Shown in pieces: positions 36,684 to 44,167 of a DNA stretch of 64,000 nt (the first letter of the stretch is position 1; each line of letters starts with the position of its first letter). The stretch is from the NCBI GenBank assembly GCA_035285125.1, contig JAYKHR010000045.1:96001-160000 (forward strand). Direction: 5' to 3'. The notes under the pieces are model-generated. The model was not told where the DNA came from. It did not search any database and was given only the letters and a program-made list of their open reading frames with translations. The stretch is from Candidatus Sericytochromatia bacterium (GTDB taxonomy: Bacteria; Cyanobacteriota; Sericytochromatia; S15B-MN24; JAQBPE01). The position numbers and the translations under genes were made by a program.

Positions 36684-39614
36684 ATGGCGCGCCTCCCCCG
36701 GCTTCGGACGCTCGGCACGGCCCTGCTGGTGTTGCTGGTCGGCTGTCAGGCCGCAGGTCCAGCCAGCGGGCCGCGACCCAAGGCCGGCGCCTCGCGCCCT
36801 GGCCGGGTGCTCCCCAGCGCCGTCTCGGCCAAGGGGAGGGTGGTCGTCGTGCCCCAACGCGGCACGGCCAGCACCCTCACGGGCAAGGCGAAGCTGATCG
36901 CCCACCCGGGCGGCGCCCTGATCAGCGATCAGGGGGGGGCCCTGATCAGCGATCAGGGGGGCGGCCTGATCAGCGACCAGGGCGGCGGCGTTATCAGCAA
37001 CAGCGGCGGCCGGCTGCTCGGCAACAACGGCGCGGGTCTCACGGGCCCGGCACGGCGGGTGGTGCTGCAGGCGGGCGCGGGCCTGGGCATCTACGGCCTC
37101 GCGGACGCGGAGCTGCGCCTCTTCGACGCCACGGGGCGGCTGCTCGTTGACGAAGCGGGCAAGCCCCTCGCGGCCACCACCGGCTCCGACGCGGCGTTCC
37201 GCCTCGAGGCGGTGCTGCCCCCCGGAAACCTCGTCGCCCGCATCAGGCTCTGGGACGGCGGCGAGCTCACCGCCATCGTGGCACAAGACGGGGCCCAGCA
37301 AGCGTCCCTGGAGCTCACCACGGCCTCCTCGCTCGGCGCCAGCTACGTGCTGGGGCTCGTGGCTGGCCAGCAGGCGGTCCTCGACAAGCTCCCCCGGGCC
37401 GAGAGCGACCGCCTCAACCGCGAGCTCGACGTCGTGCGCGGCTTCGCCAGGGGCGCCTTCGCGCACCAGGCCGCCACCCTCGATGCCATCACGGCCAAGC
37501 TCCGGCAGCGCGTCCCCGCCGTGGACCGCGTCGCCGAGGACATCAAGGCCCTGCTGCTCGGCCAGGCCCGGCTCGGCAGCGGCCGGCTCGCCACCGAGGT
37601 CCCGCTGGGCGGCCCCGGGGCCGTGGTCGCGACCCCCCGCGGGCTGCTCGTGACGGAGCTTCGCCCCGGTCGCGTCCGGCGGCTGGCGGCAGATGGGACG
37701 CTCGAGACCTTGGTGGACAAGGGCTTCGGCAGCTTCAAGACGAACCACCCGGGCCTGCAGGACCTCGTGGAGGCCCCCGATGGCACCCTGTACCTGACGC
37801 AGCGCAACGCCTTCCGGGTCTACCGGCTCGCGCCCGGCGCCCCTCCGGAGGCCTGGCTCGGCACGGGAGCGCAGGGCCGCGACCCGGCGGGCCCGCGCAC
37901 GGCCATGCGCGTCGCGCCCCGCTCGTTGGCCCTCGGGCCCGACGGCACCTTGTGGGTGGGGGAGGAGCGCGGCGGCGGAGAGACCAAGCTCACGCCGCCC
38001 AGGCTCATCGCGGTGCGACCGGACGGGCGCACGGAGGTGTTCCAGGACCCGGCCTGGGGGCCGGGCAGCGTGACCGGGCTGGCAGCAGGCCCCGAGGGCA
38101 CGGTCTGGGCGCTGCACGTCGGCACGGCGCCCGCAGCCGAGGGGTACAAGCCGGTGGGGCGCGTCAGCCGCCTCAGCGCAGGTCGCTTCGAGCCCGTCGC
38201 GCAGGGGCTGCCCGCGGGAGAGTGGGCAGACCTCGCGCTCGCCCCCGACGGCACGGTCTACGTGAGCACCGACGGCCCCGAGGGCATCAGGGTGGTGGCG
38301 GCGGACGGCAGCTGGCCCGCGCTGCCGCAGGCGGACGCCCTGCGGGCGCTGGGCCTCCGCCGCGCCAGCGGGCTCGGCGTGGGCCCGGACGGCACGCTGC
38401 ACGTGACGGACATGGCCTCCAACCTGGTCGCCTCCCTCCCGCCGGGCGGCCTCCCGCGGCTCGTGGCAGGGACGCAGGCGCTGTTCCAGTCCGGGGAGGG
38501 CCGGGGCTTCGCGATCAACCTGCCCGGCGGGCTCGCGTTGGACGGGCAGCAGCGCCTGTTCATCTCCGAGGTGGGCAGCCACACCATCCGGGCCTTCGAC
38601 GGCCACAGCCTCGTGACGGTGGCGGGCACGGTGGCCGGCCACGGCGGGGACGGAGGCCCGGCCACCGAGGCCCGCCTCGCGGGCCCCAAGGGCGTGGCCT
38701 GGGGGGCCAGCGGCCTTTGGGTGGTGGACGAGCAGAACGGCGTCCTGAGGCGCATGCGCCCGGACGGCGTGATGGAAACGGCTGCCGGGCAGGACCGCGG
38801 CGCGAAGCCGCTGGCGCCGGGCGAGAGCGTCGGGAGCGACGTCAGCACCTTCGGAGGGGGGATCGGGCTCACGCTGGGGCCCCGCGGCGAGCCCGTCTGG
38901 GCGAACGCCAAGGTGCGCCAGGTGCAGTGGCTCGACACGGCTGGTGGCACGCCGGTGGTGCGACACCTGCTCGGCGCCGCCCAGGACTTCTCGGAGGGGG
39001 CCGTGAACTCGGCCATCAGCAACCTGTTGCTCGGCCCGAGCACCCTCGAACCGGGCGACATTCGCCTCATCGTGCCCTTCGGCGTCGCCTTCGGGCCGGA
39101 TGGCGCCCTGTACGTCTCGGACAGCGGCACCATGCAGGTCTACCGCGTGCGGGGCTTCGGCACGGCCAGCCCCACGCTGGAGGTGTTCGCCGGCCTGCAC
39201 GTCAGCGAGGTGCTGGGGCGCCTCGCGCAGGACCCGACGCTGCCGGACGAGGAGGGGCGCCCCGCCCGCGAGGCGATGCTCGGCGTGCCGACGGGCATCG
39301 CGTTCGATGCCGCGGGCAACGTGTACGTGTGCGAGGCCGGCACCCGCAACCTGGACGCCCTGGTGCCGCTGCTCGGGCGCGACTTCCCGATCGATCTCGG
39401 GCTGCTGCCCGTCTTGCCGACGCGCATCCGCCGCATCACGCCGGCGGGCGTCATCACCACGGTGGCCGGGCCCGGCGGGAGGCGCTTCGCGAATCCGGAC
39501 GCCGAGGAGGCCCTCGTGACGCCCACGGGGCTCGCCTGGTTCCCGGACGGCCGGCTCGCCATCGCAGACTCGGGCAGCAACCTCGTGCACATCCTGCCGG
39601 CCGGGAGCTACTGA
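36684..39614 (+). CDS. Large lipoprotein, paralog 1: ISDQGG repeats, conserved N-domain, multiple NHL propellers
   Basis: Lipobox LVGC after ATG 36684. Many GPDG/NHL motifs. Ends ILPAGSY. Confidence 0.88.
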   Translation: MARLPRLRTLGTALLVLLVGCQAAGPASGPRPKAGASRPGRVLPSAVSAKGRVVVVPQRGTASTLTGKAKLIAHPGGALISDQGGALISDQGGGLISDQGGGVISNSGGRLLGNNGAGLTGPARRVVLQAGAGLGIYGLADAELRLFDATGRLLVDEAGKPLAATTGSDAAFRLEAVLPPGNLVARIRLWDGGELTAIVAQDGAQQASLELTTASSLGASYVLGLVAGQQAVLDKLPRAESDRLNRELDVVRGFARGAFAHQAATLDAITAKLRQRVPAVDRVAEDIKALLLGQARLGSGRLATEVPLGGPGAVVATPRGLLVTELRPGRVRRLAADGTLETLVDKGFGSFKTNHPGLQDLVEAPDGTLYLTQRNAFRVYRLAPGAPPEAWLGTGAQGRDPAGPRTAMRVAPRSLALGPDGTLWVGEERGGGETKLTPPRLIAVRPDGRTEVFQDPAWGPGSVTGLAAGPEGTVWALHVGTAPAAEGYKPVGRVSRLSAGRFEPVAQGLPAGEWADLALAPDGTVYVSTDGPEGIRVVAADGSWPALPQADALRALGLRRASGLGVGPDGTLHVTDMASNLVASLPPGGLPRLVAGTQALFQSGEGRGFAINLPGGLALDGQQRLFISEVGSHTIRAFDGHSLVTVAGTVAGHGGDGGPATEARLAGPKGVAWGASGLWVVDEQNGVLRRMRPDGVMETAAGQDRGAKPLAPGESVGSDVSTFGGGIGLTLGPRGEPVWANAKVRQVQWLDTAGGTPVVRHLLGAAQDFSEGAVNSAISNLLLGPSTLEPGDIRLIVPFGVAFGPDGALYVSDSGTMQVYRVRGFGTASPTLEVFAGLHVSEVLGRLAQDPTLPDEEGRPAREAMLGVPTGIAFDAAGNVYVCEAGTRNLDALVPLLGRDFPIDLGLLPVLPTRIRRITPAGVITTVAGPGGRRFANPDAEEALVTPTGLAWFPDGRLAIADSGSNLVHILPAGSY
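36909..37032 (+). repeat. 24-bp coding repeats (GGALISDQ)n; related arrays at about 39899-40052 and 42797-42960
   Basis: ccctgatcagcga(t/c)cagggggggg-like units in tandem. Confidence 0.9.
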
Positions 39615-39670
39615 GGGGGTGCCGGGCCGGCCGGTTCGAGGCCGCGCCGTGCGGGTACCTGATCCCCACG

Positions 39671-42523
39671 ATGTCTCGAGCGAGCCTGCGCCTGACCCTC
39701 ACCGCGGCCCTGCTGGCCCTGTGCCTGGGCTGCCAGGCCAGCGTCGTGGCACGTCCCGGCCGGTCCCCACGGCCGCCGGGGCCGCTGCAGCCGGCAGCCT
39801 CCCCGGCCGCCCCCGGCCAGGCCGGCGCGACCCTCGCCGTGCCCCAGCGGGGCCAACCCACCCGCCTCACGGGGCTCGCCCGCCTCATCGCCGACCCGGG
39901 CGCCCCCCTGGTCGGGGACGCCGGGGGAGGGCTGCTGAGCAACACCGGAGGCGCCCTGCTCAGCGACCTCGGGGGCGCCGTCATCAGCAACAACAGCGGC
40001 ACCGTCGTGAGCAACAACAGCGCCGCCATCGTGAGCAACAGGGGTGGCAGCCTCACGGCCTCTCGCCGCGTGCTGCAGGCCGGCAGCGGCCTTGGCGTCT
40101 ATGGCCTCTCAGACGCCGAGGTCCGCCTGTACGACGCCGCCGGGCGGCTGCTCGTCGACGAGGCTGGCCGGCCCCTCGCAGCGACGACGGGCCCGGACGC
40201 CACGTTCAAGCTCGAGGCCGTGCTGCCGCCCGGGAACCTCGTCGCCCGCGTCAGGCTCTGGGACGGGGGCGAGCTGACCGCCATCGTCGCCCGCGAGGGT
40301 GCCAGCGAGGCCACCCTCCCCCTCTCGACGGCCTCCACCCTGGGCGCCACCTACGTCCTCGGCCTCGTCGGGGGCCAGCAAGCCACGCTCGACAAGCTGC
40401 CACGCAGCGAGAACGAGCGCCTGGTGCGCGAGCTCGACGTCGTGCGCGGCTTCGTGCGGGGCGCCTTCAAGCACGAGGCCACGACCCTCGATGCCATCAC
40501 GGCCGGGCTGCGCCAGCGCGTCCCGGCCGTCGAGCAGGTCGCTGCGGAGGTCAAGGCCCTGTTGCTCGGCCAGGCCGAGCTCGGGGCGGGCCGCCCCGCC
40601 ACGGAGGTGCCGCTGGGCGGGCCCCTGCACCTGGCCGTGTCGCGGGAGGGACGCCTCGTGATCGGCGAGCTGATCACGGGCCGCATCCGGGAGTTGCAGC
40701 CGGACGGCACGCTTGCGCTGCTGCTCGACCAGACCCACGGCCGCATCAAGCACAACGCCTTCTCGCTCTCCGGCCTCGTGGAGGGGCCGGATGGCACGCT
40801 GCACGCGGTGGTCAAGGGGGCCAACAAGGTGCTCCGCGTCTCGCGGTCAGCGCAAACGGTCTCCGTCGTGCTCGGGACGGGGAAGGAGGGCCGGAGCGCC
40901 CCGACCGACCCGCTGAAGGCGGACTGCACGCCCCTCTGCCTGGCCCTGGGGCCGGACGGCACGCTCTGGGTGGGCGAGCGGTCCAGCCGCGCTGCCGGCG
41001 GCCCCCCTCGGCTGCTGGCCCTGCGGCCTGGCGGGACGCTGGAGGCCTATACGCCCGAGGGCAGCCACAACATCCTGAGCGTGGCGGTAGGGCCCGGGGG
41101 GGCCGTGTACTCGCTGCGCTGGGACAGCGACGCTAATTCCTGCACCCTGTGGCGCCTCGACCCCGGGGGGCGCTGGACCCAGCTTGCCGCCGGGCTCGCC
41201 ACCGAGGGCCAGGGCGGGCTGTGCGTCACGCCCGAGGGCAGGCTGCTGCTCAGCGAGGGGAGGCGCGGTCGGGTGCTCGCGCTGCAGCCCGACGGCACGC
41301 TCGCGCCCCTGGACGGGCTGAGCCCAGGCCCCGCGATCCCAGGGGCGCTGGTCGCCCACCCGGACGGCACCGTGTTCATCGCCGACCTCGCCTCGAACGT
41401 GGTGTGGGCCTGGCGTGCGGGCAGCCCTCCCCGGCCCGTGGCGGGCACGGCCGCCGCCTTCCAGCTGGGAGAGACCCAGGCCTTCGCCATCAACACACCC
41501 CTCGGGCTGGCCGCAGACGGCCAGGGGGTGCTCCACATCGCCGAGGCGGGCAGCCGCAGCGTGAAACGCTTCGATGGCAAGGGACTCGCGGTTGTGGCGG
41601 GCGGCGGCAGCACCTCCGAGGAGGGCGTGCAGGCCCGTGAGGCCCTGCTGAAAAGCCTCACGGGGATTGCTTGGCACGACGGCGCCCTGCACCTGATGGA
41701 CCAGGGCAGCCAGCACATCCTCCGCGTCGGCCCGGACGGCACGCTGCAAACCCGGCACCGGCTCCCGAGCCTCAATGAAGCCTTCGGGCTGGCCTTCGGG
41801 CCGGACGGGCAGCCCTGGTGGACCCGGCCCGTCACGGGCGAGCTGCTCCGGCTGCTGCCCAGCGGTGAGGCCGTCCCGGCCGTGGGGCGCGGCGCGCTGA
41901 CCAGCGCCCAGCGCGCCGTGGCCCTGATCGGCCTGGCCGAGGCCGTCGGCCCGGACCCGGCGGAGCTGGCGACGGTCATGCCCGTGGCCGTGGTGCGCGA
42001 CCCGGACGGCCACATGGTGTTCTGCGACGCGGCGGCCGGGCGGGTGTACCGGGTGCGCACCGGCAGCCCCGGGACGGTGGAGCTCGTGGCCGGCCTGCCC
42101 CTGAGCCAGGCCATCCCGCGGGCGCTGGAGCTCAAGGCCGGCCCCGGCCTGGCGGCGGAGAACGGCCTGCAGGCCCGGGACGCGGTGCTATCCGTCCCGC
42201 TCGGCCTCGCCTTCGACGCGGCCGGCAACCTCTACGTCGCGGAAAGCGGCGACCGCAACCTGGAGGCCATGGCCCCCACGCTCGGCGCCAGCATCCCACT
42301 CGACGCCTCCCTGCTGGTGGGCATGCCCCCCCGCATGCGCCGCATCACGCCCGCGGGCGTCATCACGACGATCGCGGGCCCCGGCGGCAAGTTCTTCACG
42401 AGCCCCGAGGGCGAGGACGCCCTGTCCATGCCCATCGGCCTCCTCGTGATGCCCGACGGGCGCCTCGTGATCGCAGACGCTGGCAGCAACATGGTGCGCA
42501 TCCTGCCGGCCGGGAGCTACTGA
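39671..42523 (+). CDS. Large lipoprotein, paralog 2 (LSNTGG/ISNNSG repeats plus NHL propellers)
   Basis: ATG 39671 (MSRASLRL...CLGC). N-domain is highly similar to paralog 1. Ends ILPAGSY. Confidence 0.88.
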   Translation: MSRASLRLTLTAALLALCLGCQASVVARPGRSPRPPGPLQPAASPAAPGQAGATLAVPQRGQPTRLTGLARLIADPGAPLVGDAGGGLLSNTGGALLSDLGGAVISNNSGTVVSNNSAAIVSNRGGSLTASRRVLQAGSGLGVYGLSDAEVRLYDAAGRLLVDEAGRPLAATTGPDATFKLEAVLPPGNLVARVRLWDGGELTAIVAREGASEATLPLSTASTLGATYVLGLVGGQQATLDKLPRSENERLVRELDVVRGFVRGAFKHEATTLDAITAGLRQRVPAVEQVAAEVKALLLGQAELGAGRPATEVPLGGPLHLAVSREGRLVIGELITGRIRELQPDGTLALLLDQTHGRIKHNAFSLSGLVEGPDGTLHAVVKGANKVLRVSRSAQTVSVVLGTGKEGRSAPTDPLKADCTPLCLALGPDGTLWVGERSSRAAGGPPRLLALRPGGTLEAYTPEGSHNILSVAVGPGGAVYSLRWDSDANSCTLWRLDPGGRWTQLAAGLATEGQGGLCVTPEGRLLLSEGRRGRVLALQPDGTLAPLDGLSPGPAIPGALVAHPDGTVFIADLASNVVWAWRAGSPPRPVAGTAAAFQLGETQAFAINTPLGLAADGQGVLHIAEAGSRSVKRFDGKGLAVVAGGGSTSEEGVQAREALLKSLTGIAWHDGALHLMDQGSQHILRVGPDGTLQTRHRLPSLNEAFGLAFGPDGQPWWTRPVTGELLRLLPSGEAVPAVGRGALTSAQRAVALIGLAEAVGPDPAELATVMPVAVVRDPDGHMVFCDAAAGRVYRVRTGSPGTVELVAGLPLSQAIPRALELKAGPGLAAENGLQARDAVLSVPLGLAFDAAGNLYVAESGDRNLEAMAPTLGASIPLDASLLVGMPPRMRRITPAGVITTIAGPGGKFFTSPEGEDALSMPIGLLVMPDGRLVIADAGSNMVRILPAGSY

Positions 42524-42565
42524 CCGCCGGTTCACAGCTCTGGGAGCGGGGTAGGGAGAGGAGGT

Positions 42566-43345
42566 ATGGCCCGCTCGGTTCCCCACGCCTCCCTGATAGC
42601 TACCCTGCTGGCAATCAGCCTCGGCTGCCAGGCCGTGGGCCCCGGCCGCCCGACCGCGCCCAAGCGCACGACGCCGTCCAGCACTGCCAAGGCCATCCCG
42701 GCGCCCGCCCTGGCCCGGCCTGGCGAGCCCCGGCGCATCCCCCAGCAGGGCCAGCAGACCCGCCTCGCGGGCCTCGCCCGCCTCATCGCCCACCCCGGCG
42801 GGGCCCTCATCAGCGACCAGGGGGGGGCCCTCATCAGCGACCAGGGGGGCGCCCTGATCAGCGACCAGGGCGGGGCCGTCATCAGCAACAACAGCGGGAG
42901 CATCATCAGCGACCAAGGCGGCTCGCTCATCGGCAACAACGGCGGCGGCCTGCTCGGCAATACCAAGGCCCAGCGCCTGCTGCAGGCAAGCTCTGGCCTC
43001 GGCGTCTACGGCCTCGCCGACGCCGAGATCCGCCTCTACGACGCCGCCGGCCGGCTGCTCGTCGACGACGCCGGCAAGCCCCTCGCCGCCACGACCGGCC
43101 GCGACGCCACCTTCCAGCTCGAGGCTGTGCTGCCGCCAGGCAACATGGTGGCCCGCATCAAGCTCTGGAATGGCGGCGAGCTCTCTGCCATCGTCGCCCG
43201 CGACGGCGCCCAGCAGGCGTCGCTCGCGCTCACCACTGCCTCCTCGCTGGGGGCCACCTACGTGATGGGCCTCGTCAAGGGCGACCAGGCCATCCTGAAC
43301 AAGCTGCCCGCCGCCGAGAACGACCGCCTCAACCGCGAGCTCGAC
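42566..43345 (+). CDS. Large lipoprotein, paralog 3, truncated by the fold-back point
   Basis: GGAGG RBS, lipobox SLGC and ISDQGG repeats. Homology to paralogs 1 and 2 stops at RELDV, which is exactly the palindrome centre. Confidence 0.85.
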
Positions 43346-44125
43346 GTCGAGCTCGCGGTTGAGGCGGTCGTTCTCGGCGGCGGGCAGCTTGTTCAGGATG
43401 GCCTGGTCGCCCTTGACGAGGCCCATCACGTAGGTGGCCCCCAGCGAGGAGGCAGTGGTGAGCGCGAGCGACGCCTGCTGGGCGCCGTCGCGGGCGACGA
43501 TGGCAGAGAGCTCGCCGCCATTCCAGAGCTTGATGCGGGCCACCATGTTGCCTGGCGGCAGCACAGCCTCGAGCTGGAAGGTGGCGTCGCGGCCGGTCGT
43601 GGCGGCGAGGGGCTTGCCGGCGTCGTCGACGAGCAGCCGGCCGGCGGCGTCGTAGAGGCGGATCTCGGCGTCGGCGAGGCCGTAGACGCCGAGGCCAGAG
43701 CTTGCCTGCAGCAGGCGCTGGGCCTTGGTATTGCCGAGCAGGCCGCCGCCGTTGTTGCCGATGAGCGAGCCGCCTTGGTCGCTGATGATGCTCCCGCTGT
43801 TGTTGCTGATGACGGCCCCGCCCTGGTCGCTGATCAGGGCGCCCCCCTGGTCGCTGATGAGGGCCCCCCCCTGGTCGCTGATGAGGGCCCCGCCGGGGTG
43901 GGCGATGAGGCGGGCGAGGCCCGCGAGGCGGGTCTGCTGGCCCTGCTGGGGGATGCGCCGGGGCTCGCCAGGCCGGGCCAGGGCGGGCGCCGGGATGGCC
44001 TTGGCAGTGCTGGACGGCGTCGTGCGCTTGGGCGCGGTCGGGCGGCCGGGGCCCACGGCCTGGCAGCCGAGGCTGATTGCCAGCAGGGTAGCTATCAGGG
44101 AGGCGTGGGGAACCGAGCGGGCCAT
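43346..44125 (-). CDS. Mirror copy of truncated lipoprotein paralog 3
   Basis: Reverse complement of 42566-43345. Confidence 0.7.
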
Positions 44126-44167
44126 ACCTCCTCTCCCTACCCCGCTCCCAGAGCTGTGAACCGGCGG

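Noticed and set aside
37952..39670. N-terminal 573 aa of the 1523-aa ORF
   Set aside because: Off-frame overlap with paralog 1. The real start is ATG 39671 with a lipoprotein signal.
43300..43390. Hairpin telomere of a linear replicon
   Set aside because: Not favoured: the turn is mid-CDS and GC-rich, it is explained by a quasi-palindrome, and no protelomerase or plasmid/phage genes are in the window. Read data are needed to exclude it fully.
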